DNA of 64,000 nucleotides from a bacterium (GTDB lineage: Bacteria; Hinthialibacterota; Hinthialibacteria; Hinthialibacterales; Hinthialibacteraceae), in NCBI GenBank assembly GCA_963663405.2, contig CAXXSM010000160.1, forward strand, positions 1 through 64,000. Reading direction: 5' to 3'. This document shows positions 31,668-40,367 of the stretch, piece by piece. Both the position numbers and the translations under genes were made by a program. Under the pieces are notes generated by a model. That model saw nothing but the letters and a program-made list of their open reading frames with translations, made no database searches and was not told the origin of the DNA. The first letter of the stretch is position 1. Each line of letters begins with the position of its first letter.

Positions 31668-32455
31668 ATGAACAAAAGTTTAGAGAAATTTCATATCATA
31701 GGGGAAAGTCAAGCAATGCGGGAATTGGCGGAGTGGACATACACCGCCGCCCCTACATGGGATACGATCCTCATGACGGGGTGAACGCGGAACCGGGAAG
31801 GAACTGCTCGCGAACGCCATCCATCTTCTCAGTCCAGTGAAAGGAAGCCATCTTGTGATTGTCGATTGTGCGGCGTTGCAGCCGTCAACGGTAGAATCGG
31901 CTTTATTCGGCCACGAGCGTGGCTCGTTCACCGGCGCTGTCTACCGGCGGATCGGCTATTTGGAATCAGCGGATGGAGGAACCGTGTTTCTGGATGAGAT
32001 CAGCCGCTTGCCGTTGGATATTCAAGGACGTCTTCTCACGGTTTTTACAGGAGGGGACGATTACGCGGTTAGGTTCTTCTCAGCCGATTCAAGTCCGCGC
32101 CCGGATTCTGGCGGCGAGTAACCGTTGTCTACCAACGGAAGTGGCGGAAAACCGCTTTCATCCTGATTTATACGATCGCTTGAACGTCCTGCCCGTTCAT
32201 GTTCCACCGCTCCGGCGCCGGGAAAACGACGCGTTGCTTCTTTTTTCGCATTTTCTTCAACCCGATGGAGTGGAACGATTGACTGAAGGGGCCTTGGAAT
32301 TATTGCGCGATTATCCATTTCCAGGTAACATTCGTGAGTTGAAAAATCTCGCCCGCCGAATCCAAGTGTTTCATCCCAGCGGTTCTATTACAAGAGAAAT
32401 TCTGTTGACACATCTTCAGGTTTCCCCCACTTCCGGAGATAATTTAAATTGTTGA
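31668..32455 (+). CDS. Sigma-54 enhancer-binding protein, AAA+ domain only; two frameshifts
   Basis: AGGAGG RBS; 'IIGESQAM', Walker A 'G.RGTGKELLA', 'ESALFGHERGSFTGA', Walker B 'FLDEI', 'DLYDRLNV', 'FPGNIRELKN'. No receiver or HTH domain visible. Confidence 0.85.
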
Positions 32456-32500
32456 CTAGTGAATTATTTTTTGGATACTATAAATGGAATGGGTAATGAT

Positions 32501-34069
32501 ATGAAATCAGTGGAAACAAAACAAGAGTTTGATACGTTAGCGGATATCGTTCAACTCTTCCCCGAACGGGAAGAATGGGAAGCGATTCGATTTTTTAATG
32601 GATATCGGATCCAGCGGTATACCTATCGTGAAATCTATGAATTGACTCTGCGCTGTGTGCAGTGGTTTGATGATTCTGGTATCAAAAAAGGCGATGCGAT
32701 TCTGATTTGGGCGCCGAACAGTCCCCAATGGGCGGTGGTGTATCTAGCTTGCGCGTTAAGCGGCGTAATTTTGGTCCCGCTCGACGCAAGAAACACCGCC
32801 GATTTCGTCCTGAAAGTACAACGTGAAACGGAAGCGAAGATGTTGCTTCGCACCCAATTCAAAAAAGATCCCGGCCTGCCCGTTTCTTCTATTCTTATTG
32901 AATCGCTTTTTGACCGGTTGGAAGAAACGTCTCCCACCCAGAAACTCCCATCGATTCAGCCGGATGACTGCCTTGAGATTGTGTATACCTCCGGTACGAC
33001 CGGCAATCCGAAGGGAGTCGTATTAAGCCACCGGAACTTGGCGAGCAACGTCAACGGCGTCAAGAAACGAATCCCCAATGCCGTTTACGATACCCTTTCC
33101 GTCCTGCCGCTCAGTCATGCGCTCGAACAGACCGGTGGCTTTTGGTTCATTCTCGCATGTGGTGGTTCCATACTCTATCTGCAAACTTTGAAACCGTCAG
33201 CGTTATTCGAAGTTTTTCAGCGCGAAAAAATCACAGCGATGATTTTAGTCCCCCGCCTGTTGTCTCTTTTGAAAAAACGAATTGAAACGATCCTGGAGGA
33301 GAAACGTCTTTCCTGGTATTTGAAATTTGGCCTACAAAGTCTAACTGGGACGCCTCGATGGCTGCGAAAAGGGTATTTCTATCCAATCCATAAACGCTTT
33401 AACACAGGCTTCCAATTGTTTGTCAGCGGCGGCGCTTCGCTGGATGCGAATGTGGAATCGTTCTGGCGGAGTTTGGGCTTCCAGGTTATGCAGGGATATG
33501 GATTGACGGAAACCAGCCCAGTGTTAACGGTCACGCCTCCAGAGCGTCTGCAGCCTGGTTCGGTAGGATTGCCGCTGGATCAAGTGGATATTCGATTGGG
33601 CGAGGGGAATGAAATCCTTGCGCGTGGCCCCAATGTGTTCGCGGGATATTACAAACGGCCGGAATTGAATGATGAGGTCTTCAGCGATGGCTGGTTCAAG
33701 ACTGGAGATATCGGAGAATTGGACGCGGAAGGATTTTTATACATCCGGGGACGGAGCAAGGATACAATCGTCACCGCCGATGGGATCAACGTCTATCCGG
33801 AAGATATAGAACGCGCTCTGGAAAAAGAGAATGAAGTGAAAGAAGCCTGTGTGCTGGGAACGGGGGAGGACCAATCACAAATCCACGCCGCTGTCCTCTT
33901 GGAAAGCGATACAGTTTCTCTCGAAAACCTGATCGAGCGGGTTAACAAAACCTTGCCTCCCGAACAGCGTATTGAATCCTTTAGCCGCTGGCCTGGGCTG
34001 GAATTTCCAAAAACCACGACATTAAAAATAAAAAAAACACGAAGTGCGAAAAGCCCTTCATACGGATGA
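32501..34069 (+). CDS. Long-chain fatty acyl-AMP/CoA ligase; probably fused to the next ORF
   Basis: 'YTSGTTGNPKGV', 'QGYGLTET', 'GWFKTGDIG', 'NVYPEDIE', 'PKTTTLKIK'; frame breaks at A-runs 34024-34037. Confidence 0.88.
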   Translation: MKSVETKQEFDTLADIVQLFPEREEWEAIRFFNGYRIQRYTYREIYELTLRCVQWFDDSGIKKGDAILIWAPNSPQWAVVYLACALSGVILVPLDARNTADFVLKVQRETEAKMLLRTQFKKDPGLPVSSILIESLFDRLEETSPTQKLPSIQPDDCLEIVYTSGTTGNPKGVVLSHRNLASNVNGVKKRIPNAVYDTLSVLPLSHALEQTGGFWFILACGGSILYLQTLKPSALFEVFQREKITAMILVPRLLSLLKKRIETILEEKRLSWYLKFGLQSLTGTPRWLRKGYFYPIHKRFNTGFQLFVSGGASLDANVESFWRSLGFQVMQGYGLTETSPVLTVTPPERLQPGSVGLPLDQVDIRLGEGNEILARGPNVFAGYYKRPELNDEVFSDGWFKTGDIGELDAEGFLYIRGRSKDTIVTADGINVYPEDIERALEKENEVKEACVLGTGEDQSQIHAAVLLESDTVSLENLIERVNKTLPPEQRIESFSRWPGLEFPKTTTLKIKKTRSAKSPSYG

Positions 34070-35028
34070 ATCCGCGCCAGCTTCATCTCCCGGACCAAAC
34101 CGGAACTCCTCTGCAATTGATTCTCTGTGAATTGGCGAACGTATCGATTGACGATCTGCGAATGGACGCCCGCCTGGGGAACGACCTGGGGTTGAGTTCT
34201 ATGGACCGTGTGGAATTGATCTCGCGCTTGGAAGAGGAATTTCGGATCGACATCGACGACGCGTTCATCAAAGAAGAGACCACTGTCTCTGACCTGCAAT
34301 CTATGATCGATGAACGCGGCACAGGACAATCGGATATCATCTTCCGGCGTTGGACGCGGTCGGCCCCCTGTCAATGGCTGCGCACGATGACCGAGTGGAT
34401 TCTCCTTCACCCACTCAAATGGATCTTCTGTGATCTTCGTTGTATCGGATTGGAAAATCTCGAAGATCTGAAAGGGCCGGTTCTCTTCGTCGCGAATCAT
34501 ACCAGCCATGTCGATGCGCTTCTTCTCAAAACTCTTCCTCCCAAACGTTTGCGAAGACGGATCTGTCCGGCGACCTTTAAAGAATACTTCGATGCGGAAG
34601 GACAGTCTCTGCGCGTTAAAATTGGGAAATGCTTCGCATGGAATATCAGCACCATTCTATTCAATATTTTTCCTTTCCCCCAAACGTCCGGATTCCGCCG
34701 CAGCATGGTCTATGCGGGAGAGTTGGTTGATGATGGATGGAACGTTCTCCTCTTTCCAGAAGGATCGCGGACGGATGATGGTTCATTGGGTGAATTCCGG
34801 GAAGGTGTGGGAATGATGGCCAAAATTTTACAAATTCCCCTCGTCCCCGTAGCGATTGATGGAGGAGAAAAAATCTTGAAACACGGGCATGCGATCCCCA
34901 AACGTTCTATCGTAAAAATCGCTTTCGGAAAACCGTTCCTCCCTCCAAAAGGTTCTTTTGCGGAAATATCGACGCATGTAAAAGGAGAAATAATCTCATT
35001 ATTAAAAAAAATGGAAACCTTGGGATAA
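34066..35028 (+). CDS. Acyl carrier domain plus PlsC-type acyltransferase (C-terminal part of an Aas-like fusion)
   Basis: ACP-like 'DLGLSSMDRVEL...EEEF'; PlsC 'ANHTSHVD', 'FPEGSRT', 'PLVPVAI.G'. Confidence 0.85.
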   Translation: MNPRQLHLPDQTGTPLQLILCELANVSIDDLRMDARLGNDLGLSSMDRVELISRLEEEFRIDIDDAFIKEETTVSDLQSMIDERGTGQSDIIFRRWTRSAPCQWLRTMTEWILLHPLKWIFCDLRCIGLENLEDLKGPVLFVANHTSHVDALLLKTLPPKRLRRRICPATFKEYFDAEGQSLRVKIGKCFAWNISTILFNIFPFPQTSGFRRSMVYAGELVDDGWNVLLFPEGSRTDDGSLGEFREGVGMMAKILQIPLVPVAIDGGEKILKHGHAIPKRSIVKIAFGKPFLPPKGSFAEISTHVKGEIISLLKKMETLG

Positions 35029-35135
35029 ACAAGATAGACATATAAGTATCTTAGGATTGGGCGCCTACAGGCCGTAAAATTAATGGTGATTTATATTTCT
35101 TTATATAAAGTTACAATCAATTTCGTTACGGGTAG

Positions 35136-35178
35136 TTGACAACTGAATGTTTTTCGGCTACATTGCTACAAAAGTAAC
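35136..35178 (+). promoter_or_regulatory. Sigma-70 promoter with adjacent BlaI-type operator
   Basis: TTGACA (35136-41), 17-nt spacer, TACATT (35159-64); then TACA-AA-AGTA, one mismatch from the BlaI/MecI/CopY TACA-NN-TGTA dyad. Confidence 0.65.
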
Positions 35179-35300
35179 CCGGAACAAACTCTAATGTCGG
35201 TAGAATTACATGTTGAGAACCACTTAAAACACAAAATTTGCATGCGTTTTGTCTTACTAGACTTTTTTTCATAAAATCAAACTAATAGGAGTGAATCGTT

Positions 35301-35690
35301 ATGCCGCGCCCAACAAATCCCATACTAACCGATTGGGAAATGAAATTAATGGATATCATTTGGGAAAAGGATACGGTGACCGCTAAGGAAATTCAATATA
35401 TCCTTTTTAAGCAAAAAATCGTTTGCAGTGATTCTGCCATTCGAAAAACACTTAGGGTCTTGGAAACGAAAGGTGTGTTAAAGCATAATCGTGAAGAGAA
35501 GGCGTATATCTATATGCCGGCTGTTGTCAAACGGTCTATACAAAGCAAGGCGATCCAGCATCTCGAAAATATCTTTTTCCGTGGATCAGGAGACGCCATG
35601 TTCCTCAAAATGGTTGAAGATACGGATATATCAGACGATGCGATCTCCGAAATGCGCCGGATTTTAGAAGAGAAAAAGAAAGACGAATAA
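35301..35690 (+). CDS. BlaI/MecI/CopY-family repressor
   Basis: 'LTDWEMKLMDIIW', 'LRVLETKGVL.H....AYIY.P', 'FFRGS...F...VE'; stop overlaps the next start (TAATG). Confidence 0.9.
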   Translation: MPRPTNPILTDWEMKLMDIIWEKDTVTAKEIQYILFKQKIVCSDSAIRKTLRVLETKGVLKHNREEKAYIYMPAVVKRSIQSKAIQHLENIFFRGSGDAMFLKMVEDTDISDDAISEMRRILEEKKKDE

Positions 35691-37918
35691 TGGGCATTTT
35701 TGATGTCTCTCAGTTCGTTAACGATTCCTTGAAATGGAAAGAGGTGTTGGAGTGTCTGTTCCTTTGGGCTCTCACAGCGTTCTTTATTCTTTTAATCTAT
35801 TTTCTTGCGGACTGGTACAACATTAAAAATACAATACACACTCGTTCTAAACGATGGAAATTCATTTTATGTTTGCTATTTTTCTTTCCGTTTCTATATA
35901 CGATCGGTTTCTTTCATATTAATGTCTTTCTCCCGGTTCAATCTTTGTCTGGTGAATATTCGATTCTTTCCCGGTATGGTTTACTCGGTTTTTGGATTGT
36001 CTATTGTGTTGGATTCTTTTGCGCGTTCAGCCGATTTCTTTTGAAAAGAAGAGACTTATCTAGTTTCCTGAAAACCAGTGAAGCGTGTCATTGTGATTGG
36101 ATTACAGAATGTGTACATGAAATGGTGTCCAAATTGGGGATCAATAAAAATATCCAAATTCGCATTCACCAGGGAGACTTGATCCCTTGCATCATCGATG
36201 GTTTTCGACCCATATTGCTGATCCCCGCTTATTGTGTAACCGATTGGTCGAAAGAACAATTAAAACCGGTTATCATCCATGAATTGAACCATATCAAATT
36301 CGGCGATTTCTTTTATACGAAAGTCATGGAACTGGTGACATTGTTTTTATGGTTTTTCCCGGGGATTTATATGCTTCGTAAACAGATGAATCTCTGCAGG
36401 GAACGGTTGAATGACGAAGAAAGTGTAAAACACTGTTCGTCTCCAGCTGAATATGCGCAATCTTTTTTACTGCTATTAGAATGTGCGAAACGCCAACAAT
36501 ACGATCCTCTGCATATGAACTTTGCAAGTAGAAATGAGGCGGTCTATCGATTTAAAAAGATTTTTGAAGACCCACCGGTTCCAAATCGCATATCTCGTGC
36601 GCTGGAATGGACTTGCCTCGTTTGTGTCATTGCCTTTACTTTTTTTGCGGGAAATTTCCACTTCTCTTACGCCCAGGACGATTCCAATTCCATAGAAGCG
36701 GTCGCAATCCCTTACACTATTAATGAGGTGATGTTTCCCGAATATCCCGTACCATCGCCAGTGGCCGAATACAATCTTGACTTAAAAGAACAGTCGGATG
36801 AGGAATTCGTGGAAGGATTTACAGAGGGATTTTACGCCAATCATACTCTTTGGTATAGAAAAACCATAGATTCTATCGTTGGATTTCAAGAACAGAACGG
36901 GAATTTCACCTCTTCTCCCTCTGTAGAAATTAAATTACCGAGTGCAAAAAAGTACTCAAACCGTACTGGTCAATCTTCTGAAGCCTTATCTCATGATTTC
37001 ATAGCTGCCAACGATTCATTTCTCATTCTGACAACAAGAGATAAAAGAGCCGGGATGGAAGGTTTTTTGGAGAACCAAGATTTAGAAGGCGGAATCTATT
37101 TAATCGATATAACTGATCCTTTGCATCCCATTCTATCCACTCATATCCCCGCGCAAGCGGCGGGTGGGATTACTCTTTTTGAAGATACATTGATTGCGCA
37201 GGTTACTCTCATCGAATCCTATTATGATGACATGTTTATAAAAAGTACTAATTACCTGATTGAGTATGATCTTTCGGATTGGAAAACTCCTCGAGAACGC
37301 TGGCGGTATCCATTGCCGGACAATCAATATATCTATTCCGCATGCTTTCATCCTGGCAGACCGGATATACTCTTTGCCGGGGGATCGGATTTGTTAGTTT
37401 TTGAGATCGCAGGTGAGACAATCGATCTGAAGCATCATTGGTCTATCGCGGAAGAACAATACCATGTAATAAACATGCTAATGTTCCCGAATCATCTTGT
37501 TATCAGCTTGCAGAGCAAAGGTACAATGATCTTCGATGGAGAAGTAATGCGCTACTCAGCCTTGGGACTGATTCCTCTTGATTATGAAGGTGACGTGCCC
37601 AATATGCAAATCTACCCATTGATGAATCGGGATGAAAACAGATCCGTATTAATAAAAACAAATGTCCACGATCGGTTTATATTTACTGTGACATCCACTC
37701 AAGGATTAGGTAATTTTTACACGGCGCAACTTTTTGATGATAGTGGATTATTGCCAATCGCTTTCTTTCCACTGGGAACCTTGAATAACGCAGTAATCAA
37801 GGATGGAGAACGGATTTTCCTCGGAGAAAATCCCGTACAAGTATACGAATCCAGTAGCTTTTCGCCGGCAGTTAGTGTTTATAATTGGAAGCAATTAGAT
37901 AACTTCGTCAAATTATGA
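35690..37918 (+). CDS. BlaR1/MecR1-like M56 metallopeptidase with a non-penicillin-binding (LVIVD/beta-propeller-like) extracellular domain
   Basis: N-terminal TMs; 'RPILLIP', 'IIHELNHIK..D', 'RERLNDE', 'YAQSFL'; C-part 'LIDITDPLHP', 'YDLSDWKTP'; ends PAVSVYNWKQLDNFVKL. Confidence 0.85.
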   Translation: MGIFDVSQFVNDSLKWKEVLECLFLWALTAFFILLIYFLADWYNIKNTIHTRSKRWKFILCLLFFFPFLYTIGFFHINVFLPVQSLSGEYSILSRYGLLGFWIVYCVGFFCAFSRFLLKRRDLSSFLKTSEACHCDWITECVHEMVSKLGINKNIQIRIHQGDLIPCIIDGFRPILLIPAYCVTDWSKEQLKPVIIHELNHIKFGDFFYTKVMELVTLFLWFFPGIYMLRKQMNLCRERLNDEESVKHCSSPAEYAQSFLLLLECAKRQQYDPLHMNFASRNEAVYRFKKIFEDPPVPNRISRALEWTCLVCVIAFTFFAGNFHFSYAQDDSNSIEAVAIPYTINEVMFPEYPVPSPVAEYNLDLKEQSDEEFVEGFTEGFYANHTLWYRKTIDSIVGFQEQNGNFTSSPSVEIKLPSAKKYSNRTGQSSEALSHDFIAANDSFLILTTRDKRAGMEGFLENQDLEGGIYLIDITDPLHPILSTHIPAQAAGGITLFEDTLIAQVTLIESYYDDMFIKSTNYLIEYDLSDWKTPRERWRYPLPDNQYIYSACFHPGRPDILFAGGSDLLVFEIAGETIDLKHHWSIAEEQYHVINMLMFPNHLVISLQSKGTMIFDGEVMRYSALGLIPLDYEGDVPNMQIYPLMNRDENRSVLIKTNVHDRFIFTVTSTQGLGNFYTAQLFDDSGLLPIAFFPLGTLNNAVIKDGERIFLGENPVQVYESSSFSPAVSVYNWKQLDNFVKL

Positions 37919-37952
37919 TTGGGATTAAGACGGGAAAAGATCCTTGTCTCTC

Positions 37953-38525
37953 ATGAAAAAGCAGTCTTTTACGCTAATAGAATTACTTGTGACAGTGACA
38001 ATCGTTGGCCTATTGGCTATGATCGTCATTAATCTGTCACTTAACGCGAAAGTTCGCGCTGAAGTGGCGCGCGTACAGACTGATTTCCGTTCGATCGGTG
38101 AAGCCTTTTCCGAATATTGGATCGACCATTCGACCCTTCCAGGCGGCGGGTTGTCTGTTCTTGGTGGACAGCGGTATATCAGCGCATTGTCAGTCCTGAC
38201 AACGCCGATCGCATATTTGAACGTACTTCCTGCTAGCCCCTGGGATAGGAACTCAATGTATTTAAATGATACTTTGGTGATTCAGAATGTGTATAACTCT
38301 TATCAACGCAGGGGCATGCCTTTTGATCTTGAGGGTTGGAAAGAGAGTTGGATTGGGGGTTCAGACTATCATTATTTCTCTGGGAAACTTGGAATCGATG
38401 GAGGTACATATGACTGGTTGTTAATTAGCAACGGTCCCACACAAATCCCTGAATCCAATCTATATGATTCAACCAATGGAATCATCAGTCTTGGTAGAAT
38501 ATGGCGTCTCGGTGTGCTTGAATAG
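37953..38525 (+). CDS. Prepilin-type N-methylation domain protein (pseudopilin-like)
   Basis: 'MKKQS|FTLIELLVTVTIVGLLA' with Glu at +5; 'LTTPIAYL', 'ISNGP', 'YDSTNGIISLG'. Confidence 0.8.
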   Translation: MKKQSFTLIELLVTVTIVGLLAMIVINLSLNAKVRAEVARVQTDFRSIGEAFSEYWIDHSTLPGGGLSVLGGQRYISALSVLTTPIAYLNVLPASPWDRNSMYLNDTLVIQNVYNSYQRRGMPFDLEGWKESWIGGSDYHYFSGKLGIDGGTYDWLLISNGPTQIPESNLYDSTNGIISLGRIWRLGVLE

Positions 38526-38644
38526 TATATTTTTTTTATTATATGTGTTATATTGATAGCTTTATTGAATGGTGTTATTTAATATAAATCGATGTCAAAG
38601 TTTGATGCGAGGATTATGAAAGCGAACATGGCAAAAGGAGAAGA

Positions 38645-39079
38645 ATGATGAGAGCGGAATTAAAAAGAATTGTTGTATGCGTAATTGTTGTAGGATCTTT
38701 CATTTTTATCCCATTTGGAAGCAATAATGTCGCTGACAGTGTGACATGTGATCGCTGTAAGGAACTTAATTATGGTGGAGATTGGATTTGCTCGAACGCA
38801 GGCAGCAGCACTTGCGCATGGTACATAATACAAGGGTATACGGCGTGTTGCGCGGTGTCGGGTTCAGCCGATTGTGAAGATTTGGTCGGTGGTGAAAGTA
38901 TCCCGTTCTATTATCGAAACACAACAGGAACTTCGGTGACATGCAAATGGCGTTGCGCTCAAACGACCAATCCAGGTGATAAATGTGACGGTGCAGATAC
39001 TGCTTATCCGATCAGTGGCAGCTGCACGGTGACTGGTTCAGAATTGCAAGGGTCAACATCATATGCAAGATGTGATTAA
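38645..39079 (+). CDS. Small secreted cysteine-rich protein (12 Cys in the mature part)
   Basis: AAGGAG RBS; basic then hydrophobic N-terminus; 12 Cys after the signal, including the internal repeat SVTCDRC / SVTCKWRC. Confidence 0.7.
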   Translation: MMRAELKRIVVCVIVVGSFIFIPFGSNNVADSVTCDRCKELNYGGDWICSNAGSSTCAWYIIQGYTACCAVSGSADCEDLVGGESIPFYYRNTTGTSVTCKWRCAQTTNPGDKCDGADTAYPISGSCTVTGSELQGSTSYARCD

Positions 39080-39135
39080 GGTGGCTGTAATCACCCTTTA
39101 ATACAAATAATTGAAGAATGCGAGGTATAAATATC

Positions 39136-40080
39136 ATGATAATTAATAAAATTACATCTATAATTTTTGTGTTTTTCATCGTCTCTGTTTTTCTTTTCCC
39201 TATCGTATCCGATTCTGCCGAGTTGCTTGATGCCAGCCGGTCGGTTAACGATCTGATTCTTAATGGTGAAGTGGAATATCATTCAATCTATTCACACGAA
39301 GCCAGACCTCAGTATATGGGGGATGATGGAATTAAAGGGCTAATTGAGTACGCTGAACAAGCTCCAAAAATTCCGATTACTTATGAAACAAAAATTACCG
39401 CCTATTTTAAGGGTGATAAAATTAATTTTTTGATCGAAAAAGAACCTTGTCAATATTATCCAAAACCCATCTATAGGTCATATATTTATAATGGGGAACA
39501 AACATATTGTTTCGATCATGCAATAAATTTAGTCACGCTGCGTAAGGCGATGCCATACAGAGAAAGCAATTTAGGCAATCTCTATTTCCCGCCGAAATCG
39601 CTCGGATACGATGTCGATAGTGTTCTTTTAATGGCTGGCAATGTTGTGAGCGCTTTGGGAAAATCCCCCTCGCTCACTATTGTGGAAAAGGAAAACATTG
39701 TTGAAGTCACCGGATCGTATGAAGGCGATTCCGCCGATGAAGTGATTGCGAGAATCGAATGGGATCCGGATTCGAAAGGGATATTCAAACGATGCGTGTA
39801 CCGCTTTCCTCCTCGTGGTGAGTTCATCGAAATCGTAACGGATGATTTGGAAGATTATGGTAACATCCAATATCCCTCACGATCCGTTATCCGTCAAATC
39901 ATTGCGCCCAGCATTGATCAATTGGAGCAAGGAAAAGTCGCGTCAGAACAAATTCTTCTTGTTATGAGCGCTTCTTTCAACACAGATACAGTGACTGACG
40001 ATTTATTCTCAACCGAAACGCCGGATGGATATTTCCTGCAAACCCCGGAAACATTACGAGCGAAGTATAGTCAAAAGTAG
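39136..40080 (+). CDS. Secreted/periplasmic hypothetical protein, possibly LolA-like beta fold
   Basis: Signal peptide ending SDSA|E; 'YIYNGEQTY', 'YP.RS', 'SFN....DDLFS...PDG' resemble LolA-like proteins. The fold call is tentative. Confidence 0.55.
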   Translation: MIINKITSIIFVFFIVSVFLFPIVSDSAELLDASRSVNDLILNGEVEYHSIYSHEARPQYMGDDGIKGLIEYAEQAPKIPITYETKITAYFKGDKINFLIEKEPCQYYPKPIYRSYIYNGEQTYCFDHAINLVTLRKAMPYRESNLGNLYFPPKSLGYDVDSVLLMAGNVVSALGKSPSLTIVEKENIVEVTGSYEGDSADEVIARIEWDPDSKGIFKRCVYRFPPRGEFIEIVTDDLEDYGNIQYPSRSVIRQIIAPSIDQLEQGKVASEQILLVMSASFNTDTVTDDLFSTETPDGYFLQTPETLRAKYSQK

Positions 40081-40105
40081 ATAAAAAGAATTCAATTTGT
40101 CACTT

Positions 40106-40146
40106 GGGGGGGGGCTCTTATCCCCTTAATCCCCCCCCGTTTTTTT
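40106..40146 (+). terminator. Intrinsic terminator closing the BlaI cassette
   Basis: G9...C8 stem followed by GTTTTTTT. Confidence 0.6.
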
Positions 40147-40367
40147 ATTTCCTTAAATCATGCGAATGAATTATATGTATTTTCCCCCATGTCAAGTGGA
40201 AGATTTTAATACGTATTTTTCATTATGACGCCGATAGAGAATGAGCGATTAATATTAATTATACTGAACGCGGGCATAAACTGAATTTTCAATCCATGTT
40301 TTTTAACGGGCTGTTTTTTTGGTTAACGAGAAACGCAGATTATGACTGCGCAGAGTATACATTTGGA

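Noticed and set aside
35030-40300. AT-rich cassette as a mobile element or prophage
   Set aside because: No integrase, transposase, tRNA target or flanking direct repeats seen.
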